Of a stretch of DNA of 15,113 nt, positions 6,848 through 15,113 are shown piece by piece (the first letter of the stretch is position 1; each line of letters opens with the position of its first letter). This DNA is from Promethearchaeota archaeon (lineage in GTDB: Archaea; Asgardarchaeota; Lokiarchaeia; Sigyniarchaeales; SOKP01). The DNA is taken from positions 1 to 15,113 of the forward strand of contig SDNY01000089.1 of NCBI GenBank assembly GCA_004524535.1, read 5' to 3'. The notes under the pieces are model-generated. The model made no database searches. It was not told the origin of the DNA and was given only the letters and a program-made list of their open reading frames with translations. A program made the position numbers and the translations under genes.

Positions 6848-8572
6848 TCATTATCTTTCTATAAATCTTTAATTTATGATACTATTGAGATTTATATATA
6901 TTTATTTCTTAAATATAGAAAAAGCTGTTTATTATGGAGAAATTGAATAGATATAATCTTAATAAAATAAAAGAATTAGTTGAGGATTTGAGTATAAGGA
7001 AATCCGGAATAAAAGGTGTAATTTTAAATCCGAAAAATGAAGAAGAATTCAAAAATTTAAAAAATATTTCCGGTCAAATTCCAAGCAAAACTAAGATTAA
7101 AGTAAAATGTGGTGTTCCAGAACATCCGGCGTGGATAACAACAGCAGATCGCTTGCAACAAGGACATTGGTGTAAGGTTTGTGCGTATAATATTTTTACA
7201 TTTGAAAAAGCAAAAAAATTAGTTAAAAAACTTGGTCTCAAAAAATATGGAATTGAAGGACAAATAATTAAACCAGAAAATTCTTTAGAATTCATTAAAT
7301 TAACTGGAACATATCAACCTAGTTATGTACCATTGTTAGTCTCTTGCGGAATTTCAAATCACCAAAATTGGATCACAAATGGGAGAGCTTTATCTAGAGG
7401 TAATTGGTGTAGAGAATGTTATATAGAAAGTATGAAATTAACATTTAATGATATTAAGAATATAGTCAAGGATGCAGGTCGTAATAAAATTGGTAAAGAT
7501 GGTATTTTGCTTGAACCTATTAATCTGCAAGATTTTGAAAAACTAAAGATAGCTCCTAGTAAAATCCCTTTAAAGATTAAATGTGGAGTTCCAGAACATC
7601 CAGAATGGATTACTGATGCTTCCCATTTAATAAGAGGTAATTGGTGCAAATTTTGTGCTCAAAATATTTTTACTTATAAATCTATAAAGAATTTAGTAAA
7701 AGATGTTGGATTAAAAAAGTCTGGTGTAAAAGGACATCTTATTAAACCAAGATAGAATTTAAAAAAATAAATAAAAATATTAAACCTAGTGAAATTCAAT
7801 TATTAGTTAAATGTGGAATTGTGGATCATGGAACTTGGAATACAAATGCGCATCGATTACAACAAGGATATTGGTGTTCAGTTTGTTCTCAAGGTGAAAA
7901 TGAACAGATATGTCGTTGGTATTTTGAACAAATTTTTAATAAATCCTTTCCAAAAACTCAATTAAGTAAGGTAATTAGAATAGTAAATGAAAAAATGTAT
8001 AATGAAACAGAACTAGATATATTAAACAGATTAATTAAATATGGTCATTTTGATGGATATGCTGAATTAAAATTAAATAGAAAATCAATAAAATTAGCTT
8101 TTGAATATAATGGCCCTCAACATTATAGATTTCCCAATCATGTACATAAAACCAAGGAGAAATTCAATTATCAAAGATTTCTTGATCAAATGAAGCAAAA
8201 AGTATGTGATGCAGAAGAAAATAAAATAGTTCTAATAGTATTCCCGTTTTTTATTGACGAAAGGATGGATAATCCAGAAATTATTCAAAATTACATAGTA
8301 AAGGAATTCAATATTAAAACCGGTATCGATTTAGTCGATTTACCAAAATTTAATCATAAAACATACGTTTTTGGTCAATATAAGCTAGATAAATATCTCA
8401 AATGATAAATTTCTAAAAAATATTAATTGAATTTAGATAATTTTCATCCCATTTCAAAATCAATTATTACTTTTAATGAATTATCAGCATCACATACAGT
8501 ATTGAATGCTTCTTGTACTTTCTCAATTGAATAGCGATGGGATATTAAATTAACAATAGATAATTTCTTGGA
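6848..8572. mobile_element. Putative endonuclease cassette 2: replacement dehydrogenase 3' end + Zn-ribbon/Vsr-like nuclease gene
   Basis: Bounded by two diverged copies of the dehydrogenase 3' end (8444-8572 and 6719-6847), both starting with TCCAAGAAATT on the minus strand. The right boundary is uncertain. Confidence 0.62.
6934..8405 (+). pseudogene. Zn-ribbon-repeat protein with C-terminal Vsr/DUF559-like PD-(D/E)XK endonuclease domain, frameshifted near 7753
   Basis: Track ORFs 6934-7755 and 7821-8405 are one gene: four CGxxxHxxW...GxWCxxC repeats, then E(QICR)...FDGY...LAFEYNGPQHY...DQMKQKVC...LIVFPF. The second frame is open from 7755 (EFKKINKNIKPSEIQLLVKCG). Confidence 0.8.
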
Positions 8573-9493
8573 ACTAATGATACTATAAGCGTCATCTAAA
8601 TCTTGAGGGGCCGCACCATATGAAGTCATAATTGTGATCTCATTTCTCCAATAGTCGTTTATAGGTACTTCAAGGTTAATTCCGGGTTTGGGAACTGCAA
8701 AAAAGATGATTGTACTACCAGGACCAGCACAATCTAAAGCTTGCCTTGCTGCCGATAAAGCACCAGTGCACACAATTACAACATCAGGGGATCTTCCCTC
8801 GTTATTTTTTTTTACTTCTGAGATACTTTCATCATTTGCGTGAATTGCCTCATCAGCACCAAACTGTTTTGCTTTTTCTAATCGATAGTCGCTTATATCT
8901 GTAGTGATAACTTTTTCTACACCTTTAGCTTTTGCCAGCATAAGATGCAATAATCCCGAGACTCCACTACCTAGTATCAAGAGGGTTTGCCCTTTTTTGA
9001 TATTGGCTAATCTTTGAGCACGACATACACACCCCAAAGGTTCAATAAACACACCCTCTTCATATGAAACATCATCATCAAGAATATATACTCCTTTTTT
9101 TTCTATATTAACTGTTGGAACTCTAAGATATTCAGCAAAGCCACCAGGATCGAAATTTGTATTATGAAGCAAATTGCAAGCGGTATGATGCCCTAGTTCA
9201 CAGTAATGACAATCAAAACAAGGAACATGATGTGATACAAAGACTCGGTCTCCAACTTTAAAATCTTTTACTCCTTCCCCGATCTCAACAATATCACCAG
9301 CAATTTCATGCCCCAAAATAAGATTATCAACGCCGAGTTTTTTCATTTTTGCTAATCGATAATACTCCAAAATATCGGATCCACAGATTCCAGATTTCTT
9401 CACTTTTACTAAGAGTTCTCCAGGACCAATTTTAGGTCTGGGTATCTCATCAAGTCTAATATCGTTGTTATTATAATATCTTGCGATTTTCAT
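8444..9493 (-). CDS. Zn-dependent medium-chain alcohol/polyol dehydrogenase (L-iditol/threonine dehydrogenase-like)
   Basis: GICGSD, LGHEIAG, structural Zn site CFDCHYC-x7-C, EPLGC and Rossmann GSGVSG. Confidence 0.93.
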   Translation of the reverse strand: MKIARYYNNNDIRLDEIPRPKIGPGELLVKVKKSGICGSDILEYYRLAKMKKLGVDNLILGHEIAGDIVEIGEGVKDFKVGDRVFVSHHVPCFDCHYCELGHHTACNLLHNTNFDPGGFAEYLRVPTVNIEKKGVYILDDDVSYEEGVFIEPLGCVCRAQRLANIKKGQTLLILGSGVSGLLHLMLAKAKGVEKVITTDISDYRLEKAKQFGADEAIHANDESISEVKKNNEGRSPDVVIVCTGALSAARQALDCAGPGSTIIFFAVPKPGINLEVPINDYWRNEITIMTSYGAAPQDLDDAYSIISSKKLSIVNLISHRYSIEKVQEAFNTVCDADNSLKVIIDFEMG

Positions 9494-9618
9494 AATTAAA
9501 TATTAAAATGTAGTTGATTTTAAATTTATAATTATAAATTAAAAAAGAAATGAATTTATTTGAGTTATTAGTATAATTTATTCATAGTTGATATTTAAAA
9601 TAAGGCGGATAATTCAGT

Positions 9619-9957
9619 ATGATATTTAATTTGAGAGAAAAATGTCACGATTCGCCCAAAAAAGAGTTCTTTTATGGCGCAAAAATTAATCGTGAAATAA
9701 AAGATGTGTATTTAGGACTTTGTTTTTTAGAACCGGGAGAAGTAAAGAGAAAAGTGGGACCGGGAAAAGGACATGAGGAACTTTTATATTTGATGAATGG
9801 TCAAATTCGAGTTAATACAAAAGATAAAGAGATCACGTTGAACGAAGGTGAAGTATTTTTTATACCGGATAGAGTAAATGTGTTTCTGAAAAATTTAACT
9901 GAAGAAAGAAGTTATTTTATGATAGCAGGAGGGCACACTAAACATCATAAACATTAG
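9619..9957 (+). CDS. Cupin-domain protein
   Basis: HEELLYLMNGQI...ITLNEGEVFFIP cupin pattern; 112 aa; divergent from the dehydrogenase. Confidence 0.8.
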   Translation: MIFNLREKCHDSPKKEFFYGAKINREIKDVYLGLCFLEPGEVKRKVGPGKGHEELLYLMNGQIRVNTKDKEITLNEGEVFFIPDRVNVFLKNLTEERSYFMIAGGHTKHHKH

Positions 9958-10119
9958 GTTTTTATAAAAATTAGTTATACACACTACAAAAATGAAGAAA
10001 TAAGAGATTCTCAACAATATTGTAAAAATATTTAATTTAAATCAAATAGAAAACATTTATATTAGTTTTCAATCAATGTTATCATAATTCGTTTCTAATT
10101 TAAAAAAGAGGTTTTAATT

Positions 10120-10389
10120 ATGGGAAAGAGTTTTTCAGTCTCAGATTTACTTGGAATAGTAGCTATAATTTTAGCAATAGTAGGGTTGATCTTTGCAGGT
10201 TTAACAGGGATAGTTTTAGGAATAATTGCGATACTTTTAGCATTTATAGGCATGCGTGGATTTAGCGGTGAGAGAAAAAATATTTTTTGCATGTTAGGAT
10301 TAATTCTAGGTATAATTTGTGTGATTGTTGGGTTAATTGTAGTTTTAATTCATGCAGCTCATGTACCTCCAGGTCTAGCAAAAAAATAA
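10120..10389 (+). CDS. Small membrane protein (DUF4190-like appearance)
   Basis: 89 aa with three hydrophobic segments (GIVAIILAIVGL...GIIAILLAFIG...LGLILGII); SD-like GAGGT at 10108-10112; T-run after the stop. Confidence 0.72.
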   Translation: MGKSFSVSDLLGIVAIILAIVGLIFAGLTGIVLGIIAILLAFIGMRGFSGERKNIFCMLGLILGIICVIVGLIVVLIHAAHVPPGLAKK

Positions 10390-10742
10390 TTTTTTTTGTG
10401 CCTTGGTAATTATACCTAATCTTTTTTTTTATCATTCAATTAGGTGTCCTATTTTTTTCTTTTTTCATTATAAATATGTGATCAGTAATTAAAAAAAAAT
10501 AACATTAAGTCTTAAATTCGAAACTATAGGAAAGCCAATTATTAAATTCTCATTCAGTATTCATTTAAAAATCTTGATTTCTATGGTTTTATTATGAAAA
10601 AGCTAAAAGAATTTTTATGTAAAATTATTATTAAAAATGAAGAGTTTTGAGACCAGAAGACATATATAAAGAAGTGAAAAATGAATCCATAAGTAAAGAG
10701 AGTGGTTGTAACAAATTAAATGAGATAATTTTTAGAAGCAAA

Positions 10743-10869
10743 GAATATATTAGATAATTACTTCGAATTGATTAAAAGAAGAGAGAGAATACCCATGGAT
10801 ATCAACGAATATATTAGATAATTACTTCGAATTGATTAAAAGAAGAGAGAGAATACCCATGGATATCAA
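10743..10869 (+). repeat. Perfect 63-nt tandem direct repeat (10743-10805 and 10807-10869)
   Basis: gaatatattagataattacttcgaattgattaaaagaagagagagaatacccatggatatcaa occurs twice, separated by one C. Confidence 0.95.
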
Positions 10870-11383
10870 AGCATTTTGGAAAATTATTGAAAGCACACGG
10901 AAAGAAAGCGATTATAATACAAAACGACAAAAGGAATTAATAATTGACAAATTAATCACATATTCTATTGAAGATATTGTTGTCTTTAAAGAAATTTTTA
11001 ATTTCTTTACATCTAAATTAGAAGATAATGATGGTTTGGCACATTTACTTGTAGAGAACTTCGATATGTTTTTATCAGATGATGGATGGTATTATTTCTG
11101 CTTAGGAACAGTCGCACTAGGAAAAGATTTGTATACAATGGCTTTATTTGATTCTCCAAAATTTATCAAACTGTTGGAAAAAGGAGATTATGGACATCCA
11201 CGAAGTATTGAGCAAGAATTATATGTAATCTATCCTAAAGTTATGGAAAGATTAACGGGGTCATACAAGATAGAAGATATTTATGATTTGGAGAAGAATA
11301 ATAAAAATATCAGAAAAGTAAAGAATGAGATTAGGAGTGAATTAGATTCTTGGTATCTTGAAGAGTTAAAAAAATATATTTAA
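10859..11383 (+). CDS. DUF4240-like hypothetical protein
   Basis: MDIKAFWKIIE N-terminus and SDDGWYYFCLGTVALGK resemble DUF4240 as I recall it; ATG 10859 preferred over TTG 10832. Confidence 0.7.
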   Translation: MDIKAFWKIIESTRKESDYNTKRQKELIIDKLITYSIEDIVVFKEIFNFFTSKLEDNDGLAHLLVENFDMFLSDDGWYYFCLGTVALGKDLYTMALFDSPKFIKLLEKGDYGHPRSIEQELYVIYPKVMERLTGSYKIEDIYDLEKNNKNIRKVKNEIRSELDSWYLEELKKYI

Positions 11384-11413
11384 AAAAGGAATATATATAT
11401 TGAAAAAAAAGAA

Positions 11414-11908
11414 TTGAAAGAAAAAATAATTATGAGATTCAGTACAAGTATAATGGGCGGCGATGATGAGTGCGATCTTGAAGGCAAAATAATTGATGTC
11501 TGTGAAGTAGACCATCGTAAATTTATGATAAATCCTAACATATTTACCAAAGAAATCTTCGAGAAGAATTTTGACAGAATAATAGAAAAGATTGATGAAT
11601 ACGCTAATTTGAGAAATAAATTCCCCATCGCTTATAAAGTACTTGGAAGATTTGTCCTACTGACAGGAATTGACATTTCTGAAGAAATAAGAGATTTAAT
11701 TATTAAAGCAACAAATTGGTCTTATGAAAAGGATATTTGGATTGGGAAAGAAAATATAGCGGAGAGCAAACGTAATCTTAAAGAATTGAGAGATAAAATC
11801 ATCAGATATAAACCAGGAATACCCGATCCTCTAAAGGCGGATTTAAGAAGCCCTTGTTCATTAAGGGAGTATGAATCATTGTTTAATTCTCTTTCGAGAA
11901 GAAATTAA
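11414..11908 (+). CDS. Hypothetical protein
   Basis: 164-aa ORF (alternative ATG at 11432) with plausible helical, charged composition; no family recognised with confidence. Confidence 0.65.
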   Translation: MKEKIIMRFSTSIMGGDDECDLEGKIIDVCEVDHRKFMINPNIFTKEIFEKNFDRIIEKIDEYANLRNKFPIAYKVLGRFVLLTGIDISEEIRDLIIKATNWSYEKDIWIGKENIAESKRNLKELRDKIIRYKPGIPDPLKADLRSPCSLREYESLFNSLSRRN

Positions 11909-12121
11909 TCTCTTACGAATTAAGTTTGATTTTTTTTAAAAACCTTGTAAGCTTGCCTTCTATGAAGAGATAGATATATGTTTGAATCCGATATATTTTT
12001 ATTTTTTGTTTTATTTTCCAATTTAATATTTTATTTACAAAAAACTTTAACAATAACAGGTTTAAATTTTGTTTAAGGTAGACCTAATATTGTTTAATAA
12101 TAAAAAAATTTAACTAAAAAA

Positions 12122-12772
12122 ATGACACAAAACAACGATATTAATAAAATTGAAAATATAGTGGATTCCTTTGATAATGCGATGAAAAAGGGTTTCGTTA
12201 GTGGACTAATCTTAGTAGTTTTAGAGAAAGAAAGAGGTCACGGATACAAAATTGCCGAAGAAATCGATGAGCTCACTGATCACGTATTCCAACCAACTGT
12301 GTCAACCCTATATCCTTTGCTAAGATCACTAAACGAAAAAGGTTTAATAGATTGTATTGAAGTAGATGATTCAGGTCGTCAAAAGAAAGTATACGAGATA
12401 ACATCGAAAGGAAAAGAAACACTAAAGATGATAATTCAAAAGCATCAAATAATGACAGAATCTATCAAATCAATAATACTATCTGCTCTTGATATAACCG
12501 ATGTGACTGAACCGTCATTTTTAGAAGAAATAGAGAGATTAATTTCTTATCCTGGAATGGAATTAATTAAATCACAATCTACAGAATCTAAAAAGGAAAT
12601 AATGGAATATCACAAAGAATTACTTGAGAGACGAATCGAAATACTGCAAAAAAATCTTGAAACTGTTAAAGGTATTTTAATAAAACTAGAGAAAAAGCGC
12701 GAAAATGGTGATATTGACCATTCATCAAATAACTCGTTAATCATCAATAATAAATATAGCGGAGGGAAATAA
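12122..12772 (+). CDS. PadR-family transcriptional regulator
   Basis: HGYKIAEEI...STLYPLLRSLNEKGLI...RQKKVYEITSKGKE winged-helix signature. Confidence 0.92.
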   Translation: MTQNNDINKIENIVDSFDNAMKKGFVSGLILVVLEKERGHGYKIAEEIDELTDHVFQPTVSTLYPLLRSLNEKGLIDCIEVDDSGRQKKVYEITSKGKETLKMIIQKHQIMTESIKSIILSALDITDVTEPSFLEEIERLISYPGMELIKSQSTESKKEIMEYHKELLERRIEILQKNLETVKGILIKLEKKRENGDIDHSSNNSLIINNKYSGGK

Positions 12773-12774
12773 AA

Positions 12775-15113
12775 GTGGGAATAATATCTAAGCTTGCTAT
12801 AAGAAATATGAAGAGGCGTAAAGCAAGATATATTCTTACTACGGTAACACTCGTAATAGGTGTTGCGCTCTTTGGTGGTATCTTGATAGCCAGAGATTCT
12901 TTTAAAGTTATGTTTGTGAAAGACATTGATAATCGTATGGGGACAGCAGATATTCTTGTTCGTGAAAGTGAAACGCAAGACGGTTGGTTTAGACAGAGAG
13001 ATGTTGAAGATATTGAAGATTTAGCACATGTCGAATATGTTTCATATAGAATTGCAGGTTTTTCTGTATATACTAGTTCAGTTAAAGGAGGAAATCAGCT
13101 TGAGGATAGTACGAGAACTGCGGTATACGGGATTGATATCGATTCCAGCGATGAGGATGAACTTGGGAGCAGCCCTTACATAATAGAATCTGATGTGAAT
13201 GGAGATACAATTGAAGAACTGCTTGATCATGGGAGAAATGATATTGTAATAACAGAATCTTTAAAAATAAAGTTAGGGAAGCATTTTGATGCAGGTGATG
13301 AAGTAATGGTATTGCCTATAGATTATCATTTAAAAAAAGGGAAGGATCAAGATGTAGTATCAGCAAATACTAGTTTATGGCCTACATATAGAGTTGTAGC
13401 AATCATACGAGATCTTGGTGAGGCGCGTGATTTTGATCCAGAAACACCTTCATCATTTGAAAGTCCATCATCAGGACCTTGTTTGTTTGTAAGTATCGAT
13501 ACTGCTCATGAACTTGTAGACGGAGCTGTTAGTCATGTCGGTGAATATAATCTAGTAGCTGTTGGCATAGATGATGTTAATAACGCTGCAGATGTTACTG
13601 ATGATATTGAGGATGAACTGGGCAAAGATGAATGGAGCGTAGCAGACCTAAAGACCGATACAGTTGATCAGATTAACGATACTGTTGACATGATGATGAC
13701 GATATTATTAATGTTTGGCGTCATTGCTCTTATTCTTTCAATTATTCTTATCTTAAACATTTTTAACATAATAAAGGAAGAGCAAGAATATGAGACTGGA
13801 ATGCTCCAAGCAGTTGGAGCGTCAAAATCAGAAACATTCAAGTTGTTTTTGACTCAAGGAGTTATAATGGGAATTATAGGAGCAATAATAGGAACAATTT
13901 GCTCGTTTTTCATGTCATATTTTATTTTTTATATCACAGTAGAATCTCTTAAGAATATGCCAGGTCAAGTTGGTGAAATGTTTGCTGACATGGAGTTTGA
14001 GATTATTTTATATCCACAAACCATAGCAATAATTTTAGGTGTTGGTGTTCTTTCATGTATTTTAGCTGCTATTTATCCTAGCTGGAAAGCAAGTCGTAAA
14101 CCTCTTATTGAGTGCCTAAATCCTCTTGCACATAAAGCTGAAAGGGAGAAAAAACATCATAAACGAAAGATTTTGTATATTCTTCTATCCATCTTTTTAA
14201 TTGTTTATGGTTCTTGGCTTTTATACACAGTAGTTGGAGCTAGTGCTGGTCCTAGTCGTAGACCTAGTGGCAATGAAGGATTATCTGAATCAACAACATC
14301 GATTATTGCTCCAACACTTATTTTATTTGGTATAATTGCGCTCTCAGCTATTTTTGTTGGTCCTATTACAAAAGTATTTATTAAAATATTTGGTCCATAT
14401 TTAAAACAAACGAAATTACTCACAAGAAAAAACGTTTTGAGACATCGTAAAAGAACAGTGCTTACATATACAATGATTGCTATAACAGTAAGTTATCTTG
14501 TTAGTATTAGCGTAATAATGGGTTCTGTTAGAGAAGGAGTACACACTACAGTCAATAATGTAATGGGGTGTGATATTCGAGTATTTGCCCAAAATACGCC
14601 TCGTTCGTTTGAAGATGAACTTGAAGATATCGATGGAATCGATGATGTAATGGGAGTGACTTTTAGAAATGCGCGGATATTTGATGAAGATAGGAATAAA
14701 TGGATTGGACATGGACAATTAGAAAAGGATTGGGATAAATCTGTTACAGTACACGTATTAGATCCCGATAAGGTTAAAACCCATATGACCGAAACTGAAG
14801 TACTTGAACCCAGTGATATGACGCTTGAAGATATGATGGATGAGATAGAAGACGAAAATACCATGATTATTACTGAGGATGAAGCAGACTACTTTGATTT
14901 AGAAGTAGACGATGAGATATTAGTATCATTTTCCCTTGGAATCATTTTTCCATCTTTTAATGCAATGCAAGCATATGATACGGATTCTGCTAAAGAGGTC
15001 ATATATGAAGAGGAAATGAAAGTAATAGCAATTGTTGAAAAGTTTCAAGGTTTTGCTACAGGAGAAATAATAGGTCAAGAAGAAGGCTCATATAATATAT
15101 TTATCTCATGGGA
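12775..15113 (+). CDS. ABC transporter permease, FtsX/MacB-like, 3'-truncated by the window edge
   Basis: Not in the ORF track. GTG start after GGAGGG (12761-66): MGIISKLAIRNMKRRKARYILTTVTLVIGVA...; EQEYETGMLQAVGAS; AAIYPSWKASR; second half KNVLRHRKRTVLT; frame reads open to the window end. Confidence 0.9.
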   Translation, partial: MGIISKLAIRNMKRRKARYILTTVTLVIGVALFGGILIARDSFKVMFVKDIDNRMGTADILVRESETQDGWFRQRDVEDIEDLAHVEYVSYRIAGFSVYTSSVKGGNQLEDSTRTAVYGIDIDSSDEDELGSSPYIIESDVNGDTIEELLDHGRNDIVITESLKIKLGKHFDAGDEVMVLPIDYHLKKGKDQDVVSANTSLWPTYRVVAIIRDLGEARDFDPETPSSFESPSSGPCLFVSIDTAHELVDGAVSHVGEYNLVAVGIDDVNNAADVTDDIEDELGKDEWSVADLKTDTVDQINDTVDMMMTILLMFGVIALILSIILILNIFNIIKEEQEYETGMLQAVGASKSETFKLFLTQGVIMGIIGAIIGTICSFFMSYFIFYITVESLKNMPGQVGEMFADMEFEIILYPQTIAIILGVGVLSCILAAIYPSWKASRKPLIECLNPLAHKAEREKKHHKRKILYILLSIFLIVYGSWLLYTVVGASAGPSRRPSGNEGLSESTTSIIAPTLILFGIIALSAIFVGPITKVFIKIFGPYLKQTKLLTRKNVLRHRKRTVLTYTMIAITVSYLVSISVIMGSVREGVHTTVNNVMGCDIRVFAQNTPRSFEDELEDIDGIDDVMGVTFRNARIFDEDRNKWIGHGQLEKDWDKSVTVHVLDPDKVKTHMTETEVLEPSDMTLEDMMDEIEDENTMIITEDEADYFDLEVDDEILVSFSLGIIFPSFNAMQAYDTDSAKEVIYEEEMKVIAIVEKFQGFATGEIIGQEEGSYNIFISW

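Noticed and set aside
7745-7775. Programmed -1 frameshift or second intron in the Zn-ribbon gene
   Set aside because: The A-rich slippery-looking run lies after the TAG, and repeat spacing shows missing rather than extra sequence.
3517-8572. IS element or integrase-driven island
   Set aside because: No transposase or recombinase gene, terminal inverted repeats or exact target-site duplications were seen; the duplicated tails are diverged.
10743-10869. CRISPR array
   Set aside because: Only two 63-nt copies with no spacer, and no cas genes.
1376-14864. Shadow ORFs 1376-1642, 2969-3229, 4218-4409, 7074-7295, 7419-7649, 8710-8904, 10095-10292, 11380-11628, 12610-12978, 12744-12926, 14205-14423, 14416-14718, 14493-14864
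   Set aside because: All overlap better-supported genes on the opposite strand and show no recognisable motifs.

Overview
AT-rich window that reads as archaeal, possibly Asgard/Lokiarchaeia-like (inferred from gene content and a bulge-helix-bulge motif; no database check). The backbone is two SCP2-domain genes, two tandem DMT/EamA transporters, an LsrF/DhnA-type class I aldolase/thiolase, an MBL-fold hydrolase, a Zn-dependent dehydrogenase, a cupin, small hypotheticals, a PadR regulator and a partial FtsX/MacB-type ABC permease. Three things stand out. (1) The lsrF-like gene is interrupted by a 32-nt insertion (3517-3548) that folds into an archaeal bulge-helix-bulge (BHB) splice motif. Cutting at the canonical bulge positions restores the frame and the conserved GVDMGRNIFQ motif, so this is a candidate intron in a protein-coding mRNA. 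(2) Downstream lies a free-standing LAGLIDADG gene, followed by an orphan, diverged second copy of the lsrF 3' end (5521-5637). (3) The dehydrogenase shows the same layout on the other strand: gene, then an unrelated Zn-ribbon-repeat/Vsr-like nuclease gene (now frameshifted), then an orphan diverged copy of its own 3' end (6719-6847). Together these suggest endonuclease cassettes that invade metabolic genes while supplying a replacement 3' end, one possibly using a mini-intron to protect its target site.
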